The position numbers and the translations under genes are program-made. A stretch of 64,000 nucleotides of DNA. Source: a bacterium. Lineage in GTDB: Bacteria > SZUA-182 > DTGQ01 > JAFGSM01. Position 1 is the first letter of the stretch; each line of letters begins with the position of its first letter. The DNA is taken from the NCBI GenBank assembly GCA_049472315.1, contig JBLIRN010000001.1, forward strand, positions 96,001-160,000, in the 5' to 3' direction. Positions 38,154 to 47,651 of the stretch are shown here, in pieces. The notes beneath the pieces were generated by a model, which saw only the letters and a list, made by a program, of their open reading frames with translations, had not been told where the DNA came from and made no database searches.

Positions 38154-38192
38154 GCTCTCGCAACCTCCGGGTTAATAGAATTGTTCGAGCAA

Positions 38193-38220
38193 ATTATATC
38201 ATAATGCACATTTTATGCAA
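38193..38220 (-). promoter_or_regulatory. Putative sigma70 promoter of the ECF sigma gene
   Basis: Minus strand TTGCAT-16 bp-TATAAT with TGn extension. Confidence 0.45.
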
Positions 38221-38725
38221 TTTTTCTCTCTATCCATCGAAAAAATAAATTTCGTCGAAACCCCTTTCATTTTCAGGGGGTTTTCTATAAGCAGAGGGGC
38301 AGAGTGCCTGTGGTGCCTGTTTGAAAATCCCTCAATATATCATATAGTTTATACAGGAGATAGCATCCTCCGCACCTACCCCACCACCAATCATCGGTCC
38401 CTCCTGCGCAATAGTGAAAATTACGAGAGAGGACAGGCACTATTCATTCCCCGCCCGAATGGATCGAGTACGTATCGCTAATTCTAAAAATGCGTTATAC
38501 TTTCCAAAGAAATGAGCATATTTCAGATACGTCCGCATCAGGATAACGGATCCGGCATTGTTCGGACGATTTATTTATGATACTATAGTTCTATTTTAGA
38601 AAACAGGCGTGGCCCAATGTGCGAGAGCCAGGCAGGATTTGCGCCCGGGTTTACAGGGTCCGACACAGAATTTCTACACGCTGTGCTCTTTAATTAAAAT
38701 ACCGTTCTAAAAATGGAGGGATACT

Positions 38726-40489
38726 ATGCCTTTAGATCCGAGAAATCATAAGGACTGGGAAATCGCGGAAGAAGCAGAAGGCAGAATGAAAACTGTGTTT
38801 GAGCTTGCAGAGGTGCTCGGCCTGGAAAAAGAAGAACTCATCCCCATGGGGCATTACCTGGGAAAGGTGGACTTCGCCGCCATACTCAAAAGGTTACAAA
38901 ACAAGCCGAACGGCAAATACATCGATGTAACCGCCATTACCCCGACCCCACTCGGCGAGGGGAAGAGCACCACCACCATGGGGCTGGTGCAGGGGCTCGG
39001 GAAAAAGGGGATAAGGGTCATGGGCGCCATCCGCCAGCCGTCGGGAGGACCGACCTTCAACATCAAGGGAAGCGCAGCCGGGGGCGGCCTGGCCCAATGC
39101 ATCCCCCTTACCCCTTTCTCCCTCGGTCTGACCGGGGATATCGACAAGGTGACCAACGCCCATAATCTCGCCATGGTGGCGCTGACTTCACGTATGCAGC
39201 ACGAGGAAAACTACGACAACGCGCAGCTTGCCAAGCGAAACCTGAAGCGGCTGGATATCGATGCCAAAAACATCGAGATGCGCTGGATCATGGATTTTTG
39301 CGCCCAGGCGCTGCGGGACATCACCATCGGGCACGGCGGAAAGATGGACGGGGTACTGATGCAATCCGGTTTTGCCATCTCGGTGAGTTCCGAGATCATG
39401 GCAATCCTCGCCGTATCCACCAGCCTGAAGGATATGCGGGAGCGCATGGGCAGGATCGTGGTTGCCTATAACAGGAAGGGGGATCCCATTACCACCGCGG
39501 ACCTGGAGGTCGATGGGGCCATGACCGCATGGATGGTCCAGGCCCTGAATCCGAACCTGATGCAATCCCTGGAAGGGCAGCCGGTACTGGTGCACGCCGG
39601 CCCCTTTGCCAATATCGCCATCGGCCAGTCCTCCATCGTCGCGGACCAGGTGGCACTGAAGCTCTCCGACTATCTGATTACCGAGAGCGGCTTCGGCGCC
39701 GACATCGGGTTCGAGAAATTCTGGAACCTCAAGTGCCGGTTCAGCGGCCTCACGCCTCACTGCGCCGTTATCGTGGCCACGGTCAGGGCGTTGAAGATGC
39801 ACGGCGGAGGACCGAGGGTGGCTCCCGGAAAGCCGCTCGATGACGAGTACATTTCAGAGAACGTGGGACTCGTTGAAAAGGGGTGTGAAAACCTGATCGC
39901 CCACATAGAGACCGTAAAAAAGGCAGGGATCAATCCGGTGGTCTGCATCAACTCCTTCCATACCGATACCAAGGCGGAGATCGCCGCCATCCGGCGCATA
40001 GCCGAGGCAACGGGCGCGCGGGTGGCCTTGTCCGAGCATTGGCTCAAGGGTGGAGCAGGGGCACTCGAGCTGGCGGATGCGGTGATCGAGGCATGCAAGG
40101 AGGAGAATCACTTCAGGTTCCTCTACGAGCAGGATACGCCGCTCGAGGAAAGGATAAGGCTCCTTGCAACCGAGGTATATGGCGCATCGGATGTCAGCTA
40201 TACCCCCGAGGCCATGGCCAAGGTGGAGAGGATACAGAAAAGCCCGGAGATCTCGAAGCTGGGCACCTGTATGGTGAAGACCCACCTGAGCCTTACCCAT
40301 GATCCGAATCTCAAGGGCCGGCCCAAGGGATGGACCCTCCCCATCCGCGACATCTTGATGTACAAGGGGGCGGGATTCGTTGTGCCGGTGGCCGGGGCCA
40401 TCAAACTGATGCCGGGAACGTCATCCGACCCGGCATTCCGCAGGATCGACGTGGATGTGAAAACCGGCAAGGTGAAGGGATTGTTCTAA
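38726..40489 (+). CDS. fhs: Formate--tetrahydrofolate ligase
   Basis: [44 protein letters not shown]. Confidence 0.97.
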   Translation: MPLDPRNHKDWEIAEEAEGRMKTVFELAEVLGLEKEELIPMGHYLGKVDFAAILKRLQNKPNGKYIDVTAITPTPLGEGKSTTTMGLVQGLGKKGIRVMGAIRQPSGGPTFNIKGSAAGGGLAQCIPLTPFSLGLTGDIDKVTNAHNLAMVALTSRMQHEENYDNAQLAKRNLKRLDIDAKNIEMRWIMDFCAQALRDITIGHGGKMDGVLMQSGFAISVSSEIMAILAVSTSLKDMRERMGRIVVAYNRKGDPITTADLEVDGAMTAWMVQALNPNLMQSLEGQPVLVHAGPFANIAIGQSSIVADQVALKLSDYLITESGFGADIGFEKFWNLKCRFSGLTPHCAVIVATVRALKMHGGGPRVAPGKPLDDEYISENVGLVEKGCENLIAHIETVKKAGINPVVCINSFHTDTKAEIAAIRRIAEATGARVALSEHWLKGGAGALELADAVIEACKEENHFRFLYEQDTPLEERIRLLATEVYGASDVSYTPEAMAKVERIQKSPEISKLGTCMVKTHLSLTHDPNLKGRPKGWTLPIRDILMYKGAGFVVPVAGAIKLMPGTSSDPAFRRIDVDVKTGKVKGLF

Positions 40490-40513
40490 TCTGTTATTGA
40501 CAGGAATACGCAC

Positions 40514-40554
40514 ACCGGAGGGATCGCTTGCAGGTCCCTCCGGTTTTTTATTTT
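40514..40554 (+). terminator. Rho-independent terminator after fhs
   Basis: ACCGGAGGGATC-7 nt-GGTCCCTCCGGT followed by a T-tract. Confidence 0.85.
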
Positions 40555-40662
40555 GAGGACAGGGCGGATTTCCGCTGTTTTATGTATCGCAACGGACCCA
40601 CGCCGTATAGGGACTTTCATCCGGGGGGAATTATATGGAGGGGAAGAGGTGTTGTTTGACGC

Positions 40663-41130
40663 TTACCGCCACATATAGTCGAGCATTCCCGAAAACTTCG
40701 CGTTCATGTCCCTGAGAAGGGAACCGATGACCAGGGCGATCCTCCGCATGAACTTGTATCCACACGCGGGATTGCGCTCAGCAAGCGCGTCGAACGCCTC
40801 CTTGGTGAGGATCACCAGTTCCGTGGGATTCATTGCCGTGGCGGTGGCGGATCGCGCGCGTCCGTCCATCAGCGAAAGCTCTCCGAAGAAATCATTCTGC
40901 CTCAGGATGGTCAGCACCATGTCCTCTTCCCCGTGGCCATGGACCTTTCTCGTTATCCTTATATCCCCCTTTTTTATGACATAGAGGGTTCCACCCGGCT
41001 CGCCCTCACGCATAATGACCTCACCCGGCCGGTACTCCTGGAGGTCGCAGATGCGCGCCACTTCCTCCATCTCTGCGGGATTGAGGTCATAGAAAATGGG
41101 CAGATTTCTTACGATATCGACATCAATCAT
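40663..41130 (-). CDS. Stand-alone cyclic nucleotide-binding domain protein
   Basis: [32 protein letters not shown]; no HTH. Confidence 0.88.
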   Translation of the reverse strand: MIDVDIVRNLPIFYDLNPAEMEEVARICDLQEYRPGEVIMREGEPGGTLYVIKKGDIRITRKVHGHGEEDMVLTILRQNDFFGELSLMDGRARSATATAMNPTELVILTKEAFDALAERNPACGYKFMRRIALVIGSLLRDMNAKFSGMLDYMWR

Positions 41131-43814
41131 CGTATTCCTCCCATCTGGATGGGCTCAATGCGAACAGCACATACCTTATATTCCGGTATCTTCGCGACGG
41201 GATCATAGCTGCCGATGGTCAAAAGGTTTGCGGCAGCCTCCCTGAAATGAAAGGGGATAAACACAATCCCCCTGGTAATCCTCTCCGTGACCTTCACCTC
41301 CAATTCCAGGGAACCTCTGCGAGAGGTAACCCGGGCGCGATCGCCGGCTTGCAGGGAAAGTTTCAATGCGTCCTCTGTATTTATTTCAATATAGGGGGCA
41401 GGGCATACCTCATTCAGGCCCTCCGATCGACGGGTCATGGTCCCGGTGTGAAAGTGGAAAAGCATCCTGCCGGTAGTCAAAATAAAGGGGTATTCCGCAT
41501 CAGTCGCCTCAGCAGGGGGAATATAATCCACGGGAAGGAACCTGGCCCTTCCCCTCGGGAAACGATCCACATGGAGGATGCTGGTACCCGGATGCTCGCC
41601 GTCGGGACAGGGCCACTGCACACCGTTATTGTCGAGCCGGTCATAGCGTATTCCCCCATAGATGGGGGTCAGGGAGGCAATCTCCTCCATGATCGCGCCG
41701 GGGTGGGCATAGTGCATCCGGTACCCCATCTCGTTTGCCATATCCTGGATGATCCGCCAGTCCGGGCGACTTTCCCCGGGTGGAGGTAACGCCTTTCGTA
41801 TGCGCTGGACCCGGCGCTCGGTATTGGTAAAGGTACCGTCCTTTTCCGCAAATGAGGCCCCAGGCAGCAGAACGTCCGCCTGTTCACCCGTTTCGGTGAT
41901 AAAGATGTCCTGCACCACCAGAAGATCGAGTTTTTTAAGGGCCTTGCGCACATGGGCGACATCCGGATCGGAGAGCAGGGGATTTTCCCCCATGATGAAC
42001 ATCGCCTTGATGGTCCCCTTTTCGATGCCTTCGACCATTTCGAGGACGGTGAGCCCCGCCTTGGGCGGGAGGGTAGCATTCCATGCCTTTTCGAACCGCT
42101 CCCTGACCGTCTGGTCCTCCACCGACTGATACCCGGGAAACACGTTGGGCAGGCATCCCATGTCGCACGCCCCCTGCACGTTGTTCTGACCCCGCAGGGG
42201 ATTGACCCCGCTGCCCGGCTTTCCCAGGTTTCCGGTCAAAAGCGCCAGGTCCGCCACCGCCTTGACATTGTCGGTGCCCGTGATGTGCTGGGTGATACCC
42301 ATGGCATAGAATATCGCAGCAGGCCTCCCCGAGGCGAACAGTCGCGCCGCCTGCATGACATCCTCCTTGGGCACCCCGGTGATCTCCTCCACCTTTTCGG
42401 GTGGATAGTGCTCAACGATCTTCTCGATCGCATCAAATCCTTCGGTCCGTGCCGCTATGAAATCGCTGTCCTGCAGCCCTTCATGGAGAATGACATACAT
42501 GAAGCCGTTGAGCAGGGCGATGTCGGTGCCGGGCCTCTGTTTGATGTGCAACGTCGCCCACCGGGCGAGTTCTATGGACCGGGGGTCCGCAATGATAAGG
42601 GATGCGCCCCTCCTCCTGACCGCCTCCTTGATCTTGAGGGCGATGATGGGGTGCGCCTCGGTGGTATTGGACCCGATCACCAGGATGGATCGTGCATCCG
42701 TAATGTCCGCAATTGAATTGGTCATTGCGCCGCTCCCCAGTGTGGCGACCAGACCGGCCACCGTGGGGGCGTGTCAGAGACGGGCGCAGTGATCCACATT
42801 ATTGGTGCCGATCACCGCGCGCATGAACTTTTGAAAGACGTAGTTCTCTTCATTGGTACATTTGGCCGAGCTCAGCCCGGCAATGGCATCCGGGCCATAG
42901 CGTTCCCGTATCTCCTTGAGCCTCGAGCTCACCACCTTCAAGGCCTGCGGCCAATCAATGGCCTTGAATCCCTTGTAGGTCTTCGCCATCGGGGAAAGAA
43001 GCCGCGTGTCGGCATGGACGAATTCATACCCGAATCTCCCCTTTGAGCACAGATAGCCGCTGTTGACGCTTTCCTCGGGGGAGGTCACCCCTACGATCCG
43101 GTCCTCCTTGACATGCAAGGTGAGCTGACACCCGCATCCGCAGTACGGACAGGTGGTCTGCACCTTTTGGGTTTGAACCTGCCGTCCCTTGAACCTCGAC
43201 ATTGCGGGAACCAGCGCTCCGGTGGGACAGGAGGCGATACACTGTCCGCAGAACTCACAGTTGAGGGGCTGGCTGAATGCGGTGCCGATTCTGGCATTGT
43301 ATCCCCTCCCCTGAAAGTCGATTGCCTTGACCCCTTGAACCTCGTCGCAGATTCGGACACACCGGCCGCAGAGGATGCATCGGCTGTGATCCCGTTCTAT
43401 GAAGGGGTTGGTAGCATCAACCGCAGGGAACACCTTATCTCCTTCAAACCGTATCCCTGAGAGCTGATATTCGTAAGCCAGGTCCTGCAGCTCGCACTGG
43501 CCGCTGCGCTCACAGGTGAGGCAATCCCCCGAATGAGCGGAAAAGATCAGCTCCAGGTTCATCCTCCGTGCCGTGTAAATCCTTTCGGACTGTGTGCGCA
43601 CCACCATCTTGTCGACGACCGGAGTGACACAGGAGGCAAGAAGTCGCGGGATCCCTTCAACCTCCACCAGACAGATCCGGCAGCCTCCGAAGGGGGTGAG
43701 ATCGCGATACTGGCACAATGTCGGGATATGTATTCCGTTGTTCTGCGCGGCCTCCAGGATGGTAGATCCCGGCTCTGCATAGACCCTCTTTCCATCTATG
43801 GTCAAACTGATCAT
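41127..43814 (-). CDS. fdhF: Formate dehydrogenase alpha subunit, selenocysteine-containing (895 aa; Sec UGA at 42774-42776)
   Basis: ORFs 42774-43814 and 41127-42761 are in frame: [19 protein letters not shown]-terminal [2Fe-2S]/[4Fe-4S] motifs; LRGQNNVQG. Confidence 0.93.
42735..42776 (-). other. Bacterial SECIS element following the Sec codon
   Basis: UGA CACGCCCCCAC GGUGGCC-GGUCU-GGUCGCC ACACUGGGG; apical GGUCU resembles the E. coli fdhF SECIS. Confidence 0.75.
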
Positions 43815-46800
43815 CGCTCGAATCCCATCATCTTTTCGAAATTACACTTGAGGCATCGCCGTGCCTCACGAATCGCCTTGTCCGGGGTGTATCCCTTCTT
43901 CACCTCGCTGAACCCCTTTACCCGTTGCCGGGCGCTCCGAAGGGGCATCGGCTCCCTCCGGGCGTCGCCCATTGATTCATCGACGTGCACATCATGGTAA
44001 AGGATGCGCTCGTTCGATATGACCCTCAGATGGCGTGATGAATGAGGCGATATATATTCGCTGATGGCCAGTGCGGCCTTCCTGCCTGCGGTTATTGCCT
44101 CGATGACCGTATTGGGACCGGTCACCACGTCCCCTCCGGCGAATATCATCGGATTGCAGGTGCTTCCGCTGATGAATTCGGCGGAGATCCTGTTGCCATT
44201 GCATATCTCCTTATGAATCCCCTCGGGGAGGAAGTTGAGATCCAGCCGCTGCCCGATTGCCCCGATGGCCGTATCGCAGGGGAGCAGATACTCGGTTCCC
44301 GGCAAGGGTACCGGCTTCCGCCTGCCATCCGGCCCGGTCTCTCCCAAGACTGCCTTCTGACATACCAGGCCGGTCATTTTTCCGTTCACGCCCTTGATCT
44401 CAAGGGGGATGGTGAGGAAGAGAAAGTTGACCCCCTCCTCCTCTGCCTCCAGGATCTCCTCGTCCAATGCGGGCATATCCTCCCGTTCCCTCCGGTAGCA
44501 GATGGTCACCTCCTTCGCCCCCAGCCGCAATGCAGTCCGCGCGGCATCGGTGGCCACATTCCCGCCCCCGATCACGCATACACGGTTCCCCACCGCGGGC
44601 CTCTTGCCGAAACTCACCTGGCTGAGGAAGGAGAGGCCGTCCCACACCCCCTCCAGGTCATTACCCGGCATTGTCAGGGGAATACCCACCGGGGCACCGA
44701 CGGCGATGTAGATGGCCCGGTAGTCGGCATTCAACAGCGATTCAAAGGGGATATCCCTTCCGATCTTCGTGGAGGTCTTCAGCTCAGCGATCCAGGGAAG
44801 AATGAGCTGGATCTCTTGGTCAAGGGCCCTCTTGGGAAGGCGGTAGTCAGGAATGGCCCAGGAGAGCATCCCGCCGAGCACCGGCATCGCCTCAAACAGG
44901 GTGACCCGGAATCCCAATCGCCCCAAAAAATAGGCCGCGGTCAGGCCGGATGGACCGCCGCCGATGACCGCCACCCTCTCGCTCTTCCACTTGATATTAG
45001 CGGTAGGCACGGCAGGGTAGGTATCGCCGTAGTCCGCAGCCACCCGCTTGAGATCTGCGATGGCAATCGGGTCGTCAATCTCACCCCGCCGGCATTTCAC
45101 CTGACAGGGATGGTTGCAGACCCTGCCGCACACGCCGGGGAAGGGGTTCTTCTCCCGCACCACCGCGAGTGCCTCGGAAAAACGCCCCTCTGCAATGAGA
45201 TTTACATAGTTCGGCACATCGGTCCCCAGGGGGCAGACATGCTCACAGGGGGAGAGAAAGAGCATCTCGCAGGATGCCGATGGACATTTCTGGTAGAGAA
45301 TGTGAGTTTCGTATTCATCGCGGAAATAGCGCAGCGTGGAGAGCACCGGATTGGGCGCGGTCTGGCCCAGTCCGCACAGAGCGGTGTTCTTGATGTGGAC
45401 GGCGAGTTCCTCGAGCAGGTCGAGATCGCTCATCCTTCCTTGCCCTTCGGTGATCCTGACCAGGATCTCGAGCATCCTCTTCGTGCCCACACGGCAGGGT
45501 ATGCATTTGCCGCACGACTCGCTCTGGACGAATTCGAGGAAATAACGGGCGATATCCACCATGCAGGTGTTCTCATCCATGACGATCATGCCGCCTGAAC
45601 CCATGATGGCCCCAAGGTCCTGGAGTGAATCATAGTCGATGGGGGTATCGAGGTGCTGGGCTGGAATGCATCCCCCTGAGGGCCCGCCGAGCTGCACGGC
45701 CTTGAATTTTCTCCCCTTGGGAATGCCCCCTCCGATGTTATAGATCACATCCCGAAGGCTCGTCCCGAGGGGTACCTCCACGAGCCCGGTGTTATTTATC
45801 TTCCCTGCAAGGGCGAATATCTTGGTGCCCTTGCTCTTGTCGGTACCGACCTCCGCATAGCCCTTCGCCCCTTCGAGGATGATGAGGGGCACATTGGCGA
45901 AGGTCTCGACGTTGTTGATATTGGTCGGTTTTCCCCACACGCCCTGATGGGCTGGAAAGGGTGGGCGCGAGCGGGGCATCCCCCTTTTCCCCTCGATGGA
46001 TGCGATCAATGCGGTCTCCTCGCCGCACACAAACGCCCCTGCGCCCTGTTTTATTCTCAGGTCGAAGGAAAAATCGGTGCCCAGGATGCGGTCCCCGATA
46101 AGGCCGATGGATTCCGCCTGCTCGATGGCGATCAGCAGGTGGCGAATGGCGAGGGGATACTCCGCACGCACATAGATGTAGCCGTGCTCACTGCCGATGG
46201 CATAGGCGGCGATCAGCATCCCCTCGATGACCGCGTGGGGATTCCCTTCGAGGATACTACGGTCCATGAAGGCGCCGGGGTCACCCTCGTCTGCGTTGCA
46301 GATCACGTACTTGGGCTCACCGTGGGCCTTCCGGCAAAACTCCCATTTCAGGCCGGTGAGGAAACCCCCTCCGCCCCGCCCTCGAAGCCCTGCATCCTTT
46401 ACCTCCTCGATGACATCACCGGGTGACATCTCAAAGAGCGCCTTCACCAGGCCCTGGTATCCGTCAACGGTGATGTACGCCTCTATATCGGTGGGATCGA
46501 TATTGCCGTTGTATTTGAATACCTTCCGCATCTGTCCGGCATAAAAGGGGACGTCATGGGTATGGGTGCACCTCTTCCCTGTCTGAGGGTCCCGGTAGAG
46601 GAGCCGTTCAACAAGTTCGCCCTTTTGGATGGTTCTTTCTATGACCTCGGGCACATCCTCAACGGCGACCTTGTTGTAGAAGTAGTCTTCGGGCAGGATG
46701 GTAACAATGGGACCCCTTTCACAGAAGCCATGACACCCGGTCTTTCTCACCGTGACCGTATCGGCAAGGCCCCGTTTCTCCACCTCTTTCCTGAAGGCCT

Positions 46801-46936
46801 CAATGACATCCGCGCTTCCGAATGCGCTGCACCCGGTGCTCCCGCAGATCGAGATGATCCTCCCCTTTGGGTCCTGGCGGGCCTTAAGCTTCTCCCTGAA
46901 GGCGGCAAAGCCTTTTCGTGAGTTGATCCGTTTCAT
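43811..46936 (-). CDS. NuoF/HydB-like FMN subunit fused to a GltD-like FAD/NAD(P)H domain
   Basis: GLRGRGGGGF, NADEGDPGAFMDR, GGPSGG, ESCGKCIPCR; then CGRVCNHPC, IGGGPSG, GGGNVA, YRR, GGD. Confidence 0.9.
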   Translation of the reverse strand: MKRINSRKGFAAFREKLKARQDPKGRIISICGSTGCSAFGSADVIEAFRKEVEKRGLADTVTVRKTGCHGFCERGPIVTILPEDYFYNKVAVEDVPEVIERTIQKGELVERLLYRDPQTGKRCTHTHDVPFYAGQMRKVFKYNGNIDPTDIEAYITVDGYQGLVKALFEMSPGDVIEEVKDAGLRGRGGGGFLTGLKWEFCRKAHGEPKYVICNADEGDPGAFMDRSILEGNPHAVIEGMLIAAYAIGSEHGYIYVRAEYPLAIRHLLIAIEQAESIGLIGDRILGTDFSFDLRIKQGAGAFVCGEETALIASIEGKRGMPRSRPPFPAHQGVWGKPTNINNVETFANVPLIILEGAKGYAEVGTDKSKGTKIFALAGKINNTGLVEVPLGTSLRDVIYNIGGGIPKGRKFKAVQLGGPSGGCIPAQHLDTPIDYDSLQDLGAIMGSGGMIVMDENTCMVDIARYFLEFVQSESCGKCIPCRVGTKRMLEILVRITEGQGRMSDLDLLEELAVHIKNTALCGLGQTAPNPVLSTLRYFRDEYETHILYQKCPSASCEMLFLSPCEHVCPLGTDVPNYVNLIAEGRFSEALAVVREKNPFPGVCGRVCNHPCQVKCRRGEIDDPIAIADLKRVAADYGDTYPAVPTANIKWKSERVAVIGGGPSGLTAAYFLGRLGFRVTLFEAMPVLGGMLSWAIPDYRLPKRALDQEIQLILPWIAELKTSTKIGRDIPFESLLNADYRAIYIAVGAPVGIPLTMPGNDLEGVWDGLSFLSQVSFGKRPAVGNRVCVIGGGNVATDAARTALRLGAKEVTICYRREREDMPALDEEILEAEEEGVNFLFLTIPLEIKGVNGKMTGLVCQKAVLGETGPDGRRKPVPLPGTEYLLPCDTAIGAIGQRLDLNFLPEGIHKEICNGNRISAEFISGSTCNPMIFAGGDVVTGPNTVIEAITAGRKAALAISEYISPHSSRHLRVISNERILYHDVHVDESMGDARREPMPLRSARQRVKGFSEVKKGYTPDKAIREARRCLKCNFEKMMGFER

Positions 46937-46996
46937 TCTATGCCCGTGCCTTGCTCAGCATGTTTAATGGTTCTTCATGATCGAACGGGGGGCACT

Positions 46997-47551
46997 CTAC
47001 CCCTTGTCCTCGTACTGCTCCAGGATGCGCAGGATCTTTTGAGGATTTTGATTCCCGTAGTAATTCTGATTGATCACCACGACGGGTGCCAGTGCGCAGG
47101 CACCGAGGCAGGCGACCGTCTCGAGGGTGAATCTGAGATCCGGCGAGGTCTCCCCGTCGCAGAGTCCCAGTTTGTCCTGCACCGCCTTGAACACGGCCTT
47201 TCCGCCCTTCACGTGGCAGGCGGTCCCCCTGCAGGTGCGGATGACATATTTCCCCCGTGGCTCGGTATGAAACTGGGCGTAAAAGGTAACCACGCCGTAA
47301 ATGGTTGAGGAGGGGATACCTAGTTCCTGGGAGATATACATTACCGGCATCTCCGGCACATACCCGAAGATCTCCTGGACCTCCTGGAGGATGGGGATGG
47401 AGGCCCCATCCTTTCCCCGATAGCGATCAACCAGTTCCTTCAACTGCCGGTGCTGGGGATCGTCGTGATCAAGCCTGATATGAGGGAGAAGGGGATAGCA
47501 CCCCCTTCTTTGCATGGTACCCCCTGCCTGATCGGTCGGTGCCTTGTTCAT
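46997..47551 (-). CDS. NuoE/HydC-like [2Fe-2S] subunit
   Basis: GVVTFY, CRGTACHV, CLGAC. Confidence 0.9.
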   Translation of the reverse strand: MNKAPTDQAGGTMQRRGCYPLLPHIRLDHDDPQHRQLKELVDRYRGKDGASIPILQEVQEIFGYVPEMPVMYISQELGIPSSTIYGVVTFYAQFHTEPRGKYVIRTCRGTACHVKGGKAVFKAVQDKLGLCDGETSPDLRFTLETVACLGACALAPVVVINQNYYGNQNPQKILRILEQYEDKG

Positions 47552-47651
47552 GCCTCATCCTCGATACGGTGAGGGCAGGCGCATTCCTTGAGCCTGCCTC
47601 GTTACCATGGCGCCGTGCGCCGTATATATGCTTTCCTTTCCGGGTGCCCCG

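Noticed and set aside
38154..38725. THF or ZTP riboswitch upstream of fhs
   Set aside because: Only a CGCCCGGG fragment resembles the ZTP 3' end and the conserved 5' elements are not seen; an Infernal/Rfam scan would settle it
42774..42776. Nonsense mutation making fdh a pseudogene
   Set aside because: The UGA is at the catalytic Sec position and has a SECIS-like hairpin
47571..47600. Imperfect hairpin between acsB and the NuoE-like gene
   Set aside because: Bulged stem with no U-tract; insufficient to call a terminator
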